Of a DNA stretch of 64,000 nucleotides, positions 12,671 to 24,112 are shown one piece after another; the stretch's first letter is position 1, and each line of letters opens with the position of its first letter. The notes under the pieces were generated by a model. That model saw only the letters and a program-made list of their open reading frames with translations, searched no databases and was not told where the DNA came from. The position numbers and the translations under genes are program-made. The stretch comes from Schizochytrium sp. TIO01 (Eukaryota > Protista > Bigyra: Labyrinthulomycetes): positions 6,492,761 to 6,556,760 of the forward strand of contig SMSO01000031.1 in NCBI GenBank assembly GCA_004764695.1. Reading direction: 5' to 3'.

Positions 12671-13669
12671 CTCAGGTCTTCTTCCTTGCAGAACAGCGGG
12701 AGCGGCAGCGCAAGGCGGCCTCAGGGAGACTTTGGAATCCTCGACAGCGGCAGGCTCTGAGAGAGGCGGCGGGCGCCAGGCCTCTCCCTCCCTCCCTCCC
12801 AAGTCGCGGCGTTTCGATTCGAACCGCCTTCCTGTTCTACGTAGAAGTGGCAGGTATTTTTGTTTTTGTTTTTGCTCGAGCGCTCGATAAATTGCTTTTC
12901 GTTTGCTTGCTAGCTTCGACTTCTTCCGCATTCACCAATCTCCACCTCTGCGGCGGCCTCTCGTCGCTTTGCTTCGTTTGACTCCGTCGCTCGTGCCCAC
13001 TGCGGCGCCTGGACATCTTCAACCCGCGCCGCGCCGCTCCCTCGTCGCTCGCAGCTCCCTCTGCCCAGCCCGAAGCCTTCACCGCGCGTTCACGAAGTAG
13101 AAAGCAGAGCCAAATTCAACTTTCAGGTTAACCTCGCTAGGACACCAAGAGAGAAACCGCGAGCTCGCTACAGCTCGCTTTCAACACAGCTCCGAACCCC
13201 TTGCTGGAGTCTTTCCTCTCTGGGCGAGCGGGCTGACGAGCAGATTCTGTGCTCGCTGCTCGCTCGCTTCTAGGTTGCTAGTAGCTCTGCCACCTCAATT
13301 TACTCCTCTTTTTATTTTGAGCGAGCGTCTTGATTGAGCCTCTGCTTGTGCTCTACTGGCCCTCAACGTTTCTGGGTTCTTTAGGTCCTGGCACTTTTGC
13401 TTCCCCATCGCAAGGCTGCTACCTTGACGCGTTGGTCCTGCTCCTCTTCGTGAAGCTCTTGACACAAACACGTTTAATTCACTACAGCCTGGGAGGTCTT
13501 TTGATACTTTAATTTGAACCTTTTCAAGTCTCAGCTTCGCACGGGTTGTGTGCAAGCCGAACGATCAGTTGGACTTGATAGTGAGTCCAGCTTACTGTAC
13601 GGTCTGAGAAGAGACGGCCTAGCTAGCTAAGAAAAGGGCTTTTCCTGTTTCTCGATCGAAGCGAATATA

Positions 13670-14311
13670 ATGGTACAATTTGTGTTCAGACACTTGAGCA
13701 TCTTCAAGCGGCCCTCCAGCATTGAAGGCAAGGAGAGCTGGGAAGAAGTTCACGAGCCACGAATTCTCCTAGACTTTAAAGTGGGTATCTCGTGCCTTCT
13801 CTTTCTCCTAGTTGCGGCCGTTTTATGGAGATACGGCGCCTGGTTTGGCGCATACACCTTCATTATCGTCACTCTCTTTTCCACGCTCTCTGATGCCGTC
13901 TACTACCGGCACTATTATCTCGACGTCATTGACCGATTGACCGCGACGCTCGGTGTTTTCTACATGTGTTGGTTCTCAACACGGTGGTTCATCGCAAGCG
14001 ACCTGACTCTCCTCGTAAGCTGGTGCAAACTTTTCTTGCAGGTTGGTAGTGCCATGACGCCATTCAAATTTTTGAACCAGTGCCGTCAATTCCCTGTTCG
14101 CTCAGAGCACTGGCGCAAGAACCACGTCTGGTGGCACATTACAGGTACAACTGCAATGATTCTCTGCATTTACGTTAGTCAGGGGGATCTCGACGACTAT
14201 TTTCAACAATTGCCTAATCTTGACATGGAAGCGCTCAAGGGCTACATCTCCGAGTCCCCTTTAGTGGAGCTCATCGACATCGAGCCTATTGTTAAATTTT
14301 TGGAAATGTAA
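13670..14311 (+). CDS. Small multi-pass membrane protein, CREST-superfamily-like (ceramidase/PAQR/Per1), 213 aa
   Basis: ATG-initiated ORF with about 5 hydrophobic segments; motifs S-TLS-D, DR-x-x-A and HVWWH. Coding status likely, family call weaker. Confidence 0.65.
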   Translation: MVQFVFRHLSIFKRPSSIEGKESWEEVHEPRILLDFKVGISCLLFLLVAAVLWRYGAWFGAYTFIIVTLFSTLSDAVYYRHYYLDVIDRLTATLGVFYMCWFSTRWFIASDLTLLVSWCKLFLQVGSAMTPFKFLNQCRQFPVRSEHWRKNHVWWHITGTTAMILCIYVSQGDLDDYFQQLPNLDMEALKGYISESPLVELIDIEPIVKFLEM

Positions 14312-16060
14312 ACTCCCTTTTCATTTATGTGAAACAATTCACGTTTGAAAGAGAGAGGTGAGAGTGAATTTAGTCACAGTGCTCCTACTGTGTTTTCCTT
14401 TGACATTCTTTTTACTTACATTTACCAACGCGCATTCCGCGCCTTTCAACGCATGGACTCAATCATAGCTTTGTTACTTTTGCAGGACTACTCTTTTTAC
14501 AACAGGCTTCACCCTGTTCAGAAGGTTTCATACGCGGTTCTACATCTCTCCATCCTTCAACAGTCACAGCAATACTGTTGAGGTGGTAACCTTTCTTTTT
14601 TAATTGCGCCTCGGTCTCTGTGGAGGATGCTGACGACCTAGTTATTTATTAGACGGGGTCGTCGGCAGCTCTTCTCTCAGGAAATCTCTGAGCCTTCAGC
14701 CCTCTTTTTATGCGAGTCCACTCTGCGTGTTAATCATGCGTTTCCATAATCACAAAAAATCACACACATCGGAAGATGGAGGAGAGGAGGAATTTCTTTC
14801 TGTTTTGCTACTACAGTTGTAGTGGCTCCCAAAGATTGCCTCACTCGCATGCTCTCTCCCGTTTTCTCCATGACGAATTAACCTCTTTGACATATTACAT
14901 ACACATCCTACTTCAACCACTCTTCCTAATTCCCCTCCCCTCTCGATTTCCTACAATTTATTTGTTATTGTTTTAGTCGCTTTGCTTCTGATCCAATCAT
15001 CAAAACACTCGCTCTTGTTTGCTCCGCCCTCATCCTGCCCCCCATTCCCCCCAACAAAAAAAAGGCTACGGTCTTGCGTTTCGAGAAACCTCGAGTGTTC
15101 TGCTCTTGTATCTCGTTCATGTACTACAGCAAGCTCTAAACATACATACCAGGTGTCGTCCGAGTTCATGTTTGCATCAGGTTCTAGGTCCTATTTACAA
15201 CAAGTGAATGAGTGCATCGTTTGCGCAACCCAGCATTGCGCTAATGCTAACCGTCCGTGAAGTGAAAACCTCCGCGTTGTCTGGCTGCCGAGGTACCTGC
15301 CCTCTGATGAACGAGCTTGAAGCATTCCCAAGCTCGTTTTGCGCCGCACCCCAAACTCAAGGTCTGACAGGTGCAATAAGTAGGCAGCTATTTAGCTAGC
15401 CTAGCCAGCTAGCTAGTCTTCTCAGCTACCATTAACGCAAGGATTCCCGGGTAGTCTGATGGTCTCCCCCCAGACCGAGAACTTCTTCGCGCAGAACTTC
15501 TTCTTCTTCTTCTTCTTCACGCAGAACTTCCTCGCGCAGAGCCCAAGTCCCTGCCTCCCCAGGCAAGCAGGCGCCGAGGCAGCTAGCTGCCTCCAGTTAA
15601 GCCCTTGCAAGTCTTTGCACACCCTGGCGAGGCGCAAATCCCGATCCGCAGGTGCTCCATATCGCCCCAGCTTTGGGGCCCTCGCGCTTCCTCGCTCAAG
15701 TTTTGCGCGAGCGCATCTTGAACTGAAGCCACCCACCTCAATCAGCACTGGCAATACCCATTGTGCTCACTCGCTTCTTATCACATCAGCTCCACAAGCG
15801 GAGCTCGAGTCTTCAGGGGGCTCTCGAGCGGTTTGATGGCGGCAGCAGTATCCATCTCCTGCGCAGACCATGGCGACGAGTCGTAGGTTATGCATGATCT
15901 GATGACAGCCACGAGCCGACTTCGAGAGCAGCTGTTGCCACAGTTGGAAAGAGAGCGCCCAAAGGCCGGAATCGCATGCGTATTGATTGCAAAAGCTCAG
16001 TTGTGCTTCCAAGCACGTACCAAACTCGAGGCGCCTCATCAGGCGGTCTGCCTCGCAGCT

Positions 16061-16105
16061 GTCAGTCAGTCAGTCAGTCAGTCAGTCAGTCAGTCAGTCA
16101 GTCAG
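16061..16105. repeat. (GTCA)n microsatellite
   Basis: About 11 perfect units. Confidence 0.95.
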
Positions 16106-16405
16106 ACCGACGCCAGCGAGCAGCGCGAGGGAAGGCTCGCCTGAAGCTTCGGCTCCGCTCGAGGCGGTCTTGTCTGCCGCTCCGCCCGACTCCTAGGCTC
16201 CTGGCGCTGCGTTTGACGCTTCCGCACGTTTTTTCACGAGCTGTTTCGATGCTCTCTCTGGCTATGGTTGTGCGAGACCATGAGGGAAATCGAATCGCCC
16301 GCGGAGCCAAGAGCCAAGTCGGGCGCCCGAGCGAGGTGGCAGGTGCCTTGCGCAAGGTGCACCCTGGACCAGCCGCAGGGGCCCGCGGGTCTCATGGGCT
16401 GGCGC

Positions 16406-16470
16406 TGCTTGCTTTGCTTGCTTTGCTTGCTTTGCTTGCTTTGCTTGCTTTGCTTGCTTTGCTTGCTTTG
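16406..16470. repeat. (TGCTTGCTT/GCTTTGCTT) 9-bp tandem repeat
   Basis: About 7 units seen directly. Confidence 0.9.
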
Positions 16471-18110
16471 TTCGTGCGAGAGGTACCTTACAGAAGCAGG
16501 GCGATCTTAAATCTTGTGCCGCACTTTATGTGAAATGTAAATAAAATACAGCTTCGATGATGTTCTTTTCTCTCATTCATTATTAGTAGTTATTCTTTAT
16601 TTTGTTTTGTTTTGTTTTGTTTTGTTTGTTTTGTTTTGCTTTATTATGTGATTGAATTATAACAGAAAATTGTAGTAAATAAGCTGTGTATAGGATGTAT
16701 CTTTTCATTTCATTGGTAAAACTCGTTTTACTGTTTTTTTGTTTTTTTGCCTTCTCAGTGCTACGGCCGACTATGTCATGCCTAGTGCTCACTAAGCAGC
16801 AATGCAGTGTGGTAACCTCACCTCAACCAAAGCAAAGCAAAGCAAAGCAAAGCAGAGCAAACCAAAACAAACCAAAGCAAACCCCAAAGATTCAGGGGAC
16901 AGGACTGGGAAACGGAGACATGTGAATCGAAGAGAGCTTTGCCGATCCAGTATGCACGCACAGCTCTACGAGCTTTGCAAGCGGTGGCTCCCTTGTTAGC
17001 TCTTTCTAAGCTATCTAGGAATTAAAGGGAAGAAAATATCACTTTCAAGATAGAAAAGAAAAGCAAAAACAAAAGCAGAAGTAAAAAGAAAAAGAGAAAA
17101 GAAAAAGAAACAGAAGGTACAAAAATCTCGGTCGTCCTCCTTTATCCTCGACCTGAGAATGCAAACCAACAGAGGATAACTGAGCGGCGAGGCGACAGAA
17201 AGAATATGCGTTGATCAAGGTTCACAATTACGCTATTCGTGCGCCCTTTTCCCGCCTAATTGCGGGTTTTGGGCACAGAAGAACGAGCGATTCCAAGCTT
17301 TCCCTAAACTTGGCCAAGAAACAAACAGACAAAAGCGAATCATTTTAAATTAATTAATTATAAACATATTACAATGAGAAAAATGGGAAAAAGCAAAACT
17401 TTAACTTTTGTAAAGTTCATAGTTAAAAAAAACAGGTCATCCCCAAATTCCGCCTCCACGCCCGACTCTCGCCGAGGCAGCGCTGGACTGAACGGGCTGT
17501 CAAGTGCTCGATCTTTGGGGATCATGAAGCAACGATGCCGTGGCCGCTGCTTTGAGCCAGTCTGCTCGAGCCTCGGCAGATCGTTTCGAAATGATGGATT
17601 GCTTTTGGGAAATTCGGTTTTTGGGGCCCTCTTCACATTGGCTCATAACAACTTCTTTTAGCATAATAGAAACGTTAATATAAACAACCAATAGAAAGAA
17701 AAAAAGAAAAAGAAAAAAGAAAAAGAAAATTTTGTTTCCAAGATGTGTCCGCTTCGAAATTCGATCGCGCAAGGATCCAGCAGAGGCGAATCCTCGCTCG
17801 TGCGGCCTCGGCAGCGCGGGCGCTCTTGCCTCTAGCTGACACCCGGCTTGAAAATCCATCTTGCATCCTCTCGAGCACGTCTTCTTCCTGCGCACGCCAG
17901 ACTCGTCCTCCTGAACCGGGTTCCTGGGTCCGCCAGAGGGACGATTCTTCACCCCTCTCCCATCATCTGCATCCTCCGCGACTCCGTTTCAACGATAGAC
18001 AACAAAGTTGAGGCTACATACTAAGGATTGTCTAGAACGGGCGCGGGCAGTTTCTTCAGCGTTGGCGCACTGCACGAAGGTGCTGAGCAGAAGTCGAAGT
18101 TCTGGTAGAC

Positions 18111-19259
18111 ATGGCCTCTCATGAGCAAGCTCATTTGGTGCTGATCGTGAAGCTTGTCTGCAAAGAAGGATGGTTCCGATTCGCGCACGAAGAAGCTCTC
18201 GCGTGCAGCTTGGTATGTCGCGCCTGGCGCGAGGCCTTACGAGGCTCACCAATTGAGGACAACGTCTGGCGAGACTTGGAGTGGGTCCAACAGTGCTTCC
18301 CACCACGAAGATCGTTTTGGAGACTCAGAGCACTTCGCCTCAAGGCAACAGTACCTTCACCTGCAAGAACTACAGACAAGTCACTCTACTATTATCAGAG
18401 CCAAGCTAAAGCGCACCGCCTTGATCGCGAATTGAAGAATCCGCTTGCGAAGATTGTACCGCAGCTTCGGCATCTTACAACCCTTTCACTTAGAACGGAC
18501 TTTTGCAAGGCGAACTCACTTGCAGCATTACAGGTATGCACTGCATTGGAGCACTTGCAGCTTGGAAGTACGGCATGCCACGTATCATTAGACTTTTTGC
18601 AAAACTGTACGAAGCTGAAAAGCTTAGAGATTCTCGATGGAAGCGCATTGAGGGACCTAGATGCCCTAAGCACGTGCTGCCCACGACTAGAAACTCTCAT
18701 CGTGAGACAAGGGGTACGCCTGCTCAACGTGGACGGCTTAAGAGGCTGTAAAAGCCTCAAAACTATTGACCTGACAGGAGCTCTAAAACTTCGCGATATT
18801 GAGGGTCTAACCATGTGCACCAAAGTAGAATCGTGCACGCTAGTGCGATGCCTTGTCCTCCGAAGCATTGCACCTTTACAAGAGTGTACGAAGTTAAAGA
18901 CCTTGTCTCTCACACACTGTGGCTTGTTAAGCTCAATTGAGGTATTGCAAAACAAGCACAATCTACAAAGTCTCTGGCTGGCGCACTGTCGTAGTCTGAA
19001 AGACCTTCAATGTCTAGCTCGTTGCTCGTCATTGCAGACGCTGAGCATCTGCAACTGCCCTGAATTATTCCATCCTAAAATTCTTGAGCCTGTATTGCAA
19101 CTAGACCATGTCAAAGAGCTCTATGCCTCAGGAATGCAGCGTGGTATTCTCGATGCCAAGGCCTCCCGACGAGTTGCTTTCGATTCAAACATGAATTGCA
19201 GCGTATTCACACGTTGGGGTGAGCCTCGTTTCAAAAGGCTTCGTGTAATCTCCTCCTAA
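18111..19259 (+). CDS. F-box-like / leucine-rich-repeat protein, 382 aa
   Basis: F-box-like tail ALACSLVCRAWRE...VWRDL followed by about 10 Cys-containing LRRs (e.g. LQNCTKLKSLEI, LRGCKSLKTIDL, LQECTKLKTLSL). Confidence 0.85.
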   Translation: MASHEQAHLVLIVKLVCKEGWFRFAHEEALACSLVCRAWREALRGSPIEDNVWRDLEWVQQCFPPRRSFWRLRALRLKATVPSPARTTDKSLYYYQSQAKAHRLDRELKNPLAKIVPQLRHLTTLSLRTDFCKANSLAALQVCTALEHLQLGSTACHVSLDFLQNCTKLKSLEILDGSALRDLDALSTCCPRLETLIVRQGVRLLNVDGLRGCKSLKTIDLTGALKLRDIEGLTMCTKVESCTLVRCLVLRSIAPLQECTKLKTLSLTHCGLLSSIEVLQNKHNLQSLWLAHCRSLKDLQCLARCSSLQTLSICNCPELFHPKILEPVLQLDHVKELYASGMQRGILDAKASRRVAFDSNMNCSVFTRWGEPRFKRLRVISS

Positions 19260-19869
19260 TCTATTCCAGCCTGATTCTGGACCTTAGCATCTCTGGTCTT
19301 TGCTCTTTGCTCTAGATCTAAGATGCTGTGTTAGTTCTATCTAACGTGACGAGCTTCAGGGCAGCCATGTGCACACTCTACTTGGGATTTCAAAATTTCC
19401 ACTCCCTGTCGTAGTGGGTCCAAGAAATGAAAAAACCCATGCTTTGACGATAAAAGTATTTATGAGGACGTACATGGTTCCTTCTGTAGACTTCCAAACA
19501 TTGTATAAACAAATTCGTATTTCTCAATTACATCTACTACTAGAATATCATTCTTACATTATATATCATCAAATTACCAAGGTTTCACATATCGCCCTTT
19601 TTACTGTGTATAGCTAGCAGCCAATTGGTTACTCTGGCTCACAGCACGCTGCTCAAGATTTGCACTAGGAAGGATTACGAAAGGAAAAGTCTATACAATT
19701 TTCAACTTTTTTTTGGTTTCATATTTTGCTCGTGTTCATCATGGAGTTTGTGTGGATAATATAGAGAGACAGGGGAAAGAGCAGCCGCAGGAACGTCTGC
19801 TCGCGCGCTAAAGGAGGGAGCAGGGACAGTATTTTCTATTGTTGTTGCTTGGGAGTTTTGTTTGGTTGC

Positions 19870-20595
19870 TCATGAGGAGATGCCAAGGATGGCGTTGAGG
19901 TCGCCACGAGAATAAGAAGCAACGTCCTTGGCGCGCACAAGCTTCATGTGAACCTTGCGGGCCACAGTGACATCTTCCTTAGACTTCTTCTTGCGCTTCT
20001 TCTTCTTCTTCTCGTCGTCGCTAGATTCGTTTTCAACGTTGCTCTCCTCATCAGTTTCGTCGGGCTTGCTGCGTTTCTTGGAGGACTTCTTGTCCTTCTT
20101 AGACTTCTTTTTGGACTTCTTAGCATCGCCGTCTTCAATGTCTACCTCACCAGACTTGCGGGACTCAACGTTGACTACATCAATGTCGATCTCCTCCTCG
20201 CCATTCTCAAGCTTCTCGACGCGGACCAGAGTACGTGTCTCGCTAATCACTTGGTCAGTCGTGCCGGCAGCGGCCTTTTTCAGACGCTTCAGACGCCGGC
20301 GTTCCTCCTTGCGGACCTCAGCGTCGCGACCGTGGGACTGGTTCAAACTCTGGAGCACGTCGTTGAAGTTGCTGATCTGGCCAAGGAAGGCGGTGTTTCC
20401 AGCAACATCGTCATTGCTGCCCAGGCCCAGAAGGTCCGCGCGCTTATCAACCTTGACGTGAGCAGCGCGGCCATCTTCGTTTTTGCCAGCACCCTTGCCG
20501 TCAGTCCAGCCCATCTTGACGAGCATCTTGTAGCCAAACTTGCTCTTATCATTGGCCCAGCGCTGGTTCAACGTATCCATCTGAACGCCCGGCAT
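19870..20595 (-). CDS. PINX1: PINX1/Pxr1(Gno1)-like G-patch ribosome biogenesis factor, 241 aa
   Basis: First ATG at 20595; WANDKSKFGYKMLVKMGWTDGKGAGKNEDG G-patch, FNDVLQSLN, KKE/D-rich region, C-terminal KDVASYSRGDLNAILG. Confidence 0.85.
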   Translation of the reverse strand: MPGVQMDTLNQRWANDKSKFGYKMLVKMGWTDGKGAGKNEDGRAAHVKVDKRADLLGLGSNDDVAGNTAFLGQISNFNDVLQSLNQSHGRDAEVRKEERRRLKRLKKAAAGTTDQVISETRTLVRVEKLENGEEEIDIDVVNVESRKSGEVDIEDGDAKKSKKKSKKDKKSSKKRSKPDETDEESNVENESSDDEKKKKKRKKKSKEDVTVARKVHMKLVRAKDVASYSRGDLNAILGISS

Positions 20596-21395
20596 AGTGA
20601 GAGCTTGATGCGAGATCCGAATGTACAATCAATCCCTACGAACGGCAAGGTTTGAGTTGCTTTGTTTTGTCTAAAATCACGAGTTTCCAAGAACCAGCAG
20701 ATCGGTGTACACCTGCTGCTGCTGCTGCTGTTTGACCTCGAGTGGCACGAGACAAGGTTTGGGGTCTCGCGAGATGCAAGCCCTGCCTATCGCACTGTAA
20801 CTACCCGCACAGCCAGCACGTGAGCGAAGAGAATGCGCGCAAACTCGCTGCTGGTTCTGGGTCTGAGGATTGGTGGTGGCCAGCACGACCTTCGCCCTTC
20901 TTCCAGCCTTCTTCGCCTCCTTCCTGCTCTTTCTTTCCTCCAGCCGCTCAGCATTTTCATACAGGTGTTTCCCTTCTCAAGTATTTCTCAAGGTATCGGA
21001 GCACTTACTTGTCGCAATTTCATCATCTTTCATAAGCACTCCTTTAAGATGCTCATACAAGTACCCCGTCGACTCCTTCACGGCCAGTGGTGCTGATATA
21101 TTTTATATGGGGCTTCGCAGGGCTCCTTGCAGACTGGTAGTAAATAATAGAGGTCTATTACCGCAATTATTTTGAGCTCGTCTCCATCATTCATTTTTGC
21201 CTGCTTAGGGGGACTCGTTCTTAATGTTCTAACACTAATATCAAAGCCTATAGGGTAAATTAGTAGGACTGGGGTAAAATAGAACGGGAACAAAGGGAAC
21301 AAAGTGGAGGGGCGAGCCGTGGCGGTGGAGAGCAATCAAAATCAAATCAGGCACCACCAGTCCCGCTTCTCGAGCAGACTGCAGCGTTGGTCGCG

Positions 21396-23464
21396 ATGAA
21401 TCAGAAGCGCGCGGGCGCCGCTTCGGCACAGGTACGTGATGATTGAAAACTTGGTGCAAGAAACTGCGTGGAGGCTAGCCTCCTGTTCAGGAGACGCTTC
21501 GCCTTGCCGCATTTAGGCCGTGAGCACTGGAGGCCACTGGCTGGCAGCCAACCAACCGTCCTTTCGATGGCTTATTGATCCATAGTGGATAATAAGATCG
21601 ATGTGATATGGGCAGGGCGCGTAGTTTTTGTCAGGGGACACGAAGAAGACGAAGGGTATGATGTTGTGATTGGGCCGGTGAAGATTTCTGCAGTTTTGAC
21701 ACTTAATGGAATTCCTCGTTTCTGATTCCGTGTGATAGCGGAAAGTGAGACTGTCCAAACCTAGGCTGTGATGGCCGACTGAGGCTCCCAGATCAACAAT
21801 CATTATCTAAAGACCTGTATACGCCGCTGTGCAGGTCTGTGCAATTGTCTTTTTCCTTTCTTCTGTGTTCTAGCGTTGGAAAGCTTATGTCTTGCCTTGG
21901 CTAAAAATGGATGGTCACCATGACTGGCTAGCTTGGCAAGGTTCCATCCATGTGCTAAAGCGCTCATGAGAGAGTTCACGTTCTCAGGACAAAGGAAAAT
22001 AAACAAGAAAATGAGGAAACTAACTTTTGATGATGATAACTTCTTCTCCTTACACAGAAATATCAATCAAACGGCACTAAACGTCCTCGTCGCGAGAATA
22101 AACTCAAGGTCGATTGGGAACTTGATAGCAACGATGCCGACTCTGATCTAGAAGACAACCAGCAACAGAAGAAGCAGCAGGAGGATCTGGAAGAGCTTCA
22201 AAAGCAGAAGGAAACTGTTGCTGAGAAGCGTCTTCGCGTTGCACGTGAGATCCTTGAGAAGGTTCGTGCTTCCCAGGTCCGTGCTGGTGTTGGCTCTGAT
22301 GGCGAAGAAGATGATGCTTCCGATGCTGGCGACGAGCTAAACGAAACTGTTGCGCGTGGTGCTGATCCCATGCTCGACCCTGTCACACGTAAACTCCACC
22401 ACGACCTTCTTCGCGCTGAGGGCCGCCTCCGGCGCGGTGCAGCTGCAAACCTGAATTCTGAGGAGATCACTGCTGTAAAGTGTCCTCGTATTCACCGTCA
22501 GTCCATTACCTCGGTTGCACTAAGTGCTGCAGAGGACTTCGCATATACTGGCTCCAAGGATTGCTCCATCGTACAATGGGATGTTGAGACTGGTAAGAAG
22601 ATTTGCCAGCTTCCGGGCCGCCCTGCCACCAAACAAGTAAGGCCTTCCAGTATCAAAGGCCATCATGATGAGATCATGGCTCTTTCCGTTAGTACTGATG
22701 GACGCTACCTTGCCAGCGGAGGCAAGGACAAGGTCATCCACATTTGGGATGTCCGCTCTAACACCCTTATCGATACCTTTTCCGGTCACCGTGATACTGT
22801 AACAGGTCTTTCGTTCCTGAAGGGTCAACACACGCTTTACTCTGCCTCGTTTGACCGTAGCGTCCGTGCATGGAACGTGGACGAAATGGCATATATCGAG
22901 TCTCTGTTTGGCCATCAGTCCGAGATCCTTGGCATTGATTGCTTATATCGCGAGCGAGCTGTGACCTGCTCCATGGATCGCACAGTTCGTTTCTGGAAGT
23001 TCCCTGAGGAATCACAGCTTGTGCTTCAGGGTGTCCATAAGTCTTCGATCGATACCATCTCAATGATCGACGAGGCACACTTTTTGACCGGATCACAAGA
23101 AGGAACTCTTGCTTTGTGGAGTACTGCAAAGAAGAAGCCAAGCTCCATCGTAAGACGCGCGCATGGTGATACCTGGGTCTGCTCCGTTGCGGCCATGCCA
23201 AATGCAGATGTAGCCGCCTCGGGCGCCTCTGATGGCTTTATTAAGCTCTGGAAGGTTGATACCACTGTCCGCCAGATCCGTGCTCCTTCTTTGATGAGCT
23301 TGCCTGTGCCGGGATACGTCAACGCTCTTGAGTTTGGAGCCTCTGGTCGCGTTTTGGTTGCAGGTACTGGCCAGGAGCACCGTTTGGGCCGTTGGGAGCG
23401 CAAGTCTGAGGGTCGTAACACACTCTACATCTTTAGACTGCCCGAGGTTCCTGAGGACTCATAA
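21396..23464 (+). CDS. RRP9: U3 snoRNP WD40 protein RRP9 (U3-55K); exons 21396-21431 and 22058-23464
   Basis: Exon 1 MNQKRAGAASAQ ends CAG|GTACGT; branch-like ACTAAC near 22019 and acceptor TTCTTCTCCTTACACAG at 22057; phase-0 join is in frame. ETVAEKRLRVARE, AYIESLFGHQ, KFPEESQLV and GQEHRLGRW are RRP9 signatures. Confidence 0.92.
21432..22057 (+). other. 626-nt spliceosomal intron of RRP9
   Basis: GT...AG ends, branch point and pyrimidine tract; removal gives a continuous ORF. Confidence 0.8.
21653..21730 (+). ncRNA. Intronic box C/D snoRNA, probable guide for the 18S position equivalent to yeast Gm1572 (snR57-like)
   Basis: C-like ATGATGT (21658), C'-like GTGAAGA (21678), D box CTGA (21722-21725); guide GGAATTCCTCGTT (21708-21720) is the exact complement of conserved 18S AACGAGGAATTCC. 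Confidence 0.65.
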
Positions 23465-24112
23465 ATACCTGTGTCGCATCTTGTGACCTAAAACAGACAC
23501 TGCCACGCTTCATTCCACATCGAAAATGATGTGGAAAACCTCATGTTTCCAACACCACACAATAGAATTGGCCAGCTATTGGTGATCACGAATTCAAGAT
23601 CACCATTAGAGATTTTGTTGTTTCAGCAGAGGAGTGAGATTTTCTTTGTTTGGAACTTGCAGAATCATACTTGGTCAACCCATGTTAGTATCGCTACCCC
23701 CCTCCCCCTTTTCTCATGATTATTTTTTTTTGACTGTGTATTTTGAAATTCTTTCTTTATTGTTTGCTCTTGAATGTTGTTGAAGAATCATCAACAAATT
23801 TGTGTTCTTGTATGGGTCCTTTCCCGAAATGGATGACTGTGTCTGAGCTACCCTCTGTATGCATGCTCATTCCCGGAGAACTTTTGTTACAGAACAAGGG
23901 CATTCCCTTTTCTCAAACATTTTGATTCTTCCGGATGGAGTTTGGTTCGAGGTAGGCCTACTTTACTTACAGAAAAAAAGCTGGCAGCACAAGGGTAAAA
24001 CAATACCGCTTTTGGCTCCGTTGCGTATTCTCTGAGTTGACCGTAAAAGAAAAAGATGTTCGACATTTTGTGAATTTTCTTACTTATATCAAATTTTGTA
24101 GTAGTGTTGCTA

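Noticed and set aside
12810-12830. B-box-like GGTTCGAATC on the minus strand (other GGTTCRA hits at ~6307, ~6627, ~6785)
   Set aside because: No cloverleaf or A-box around any of them, so no tRNA call
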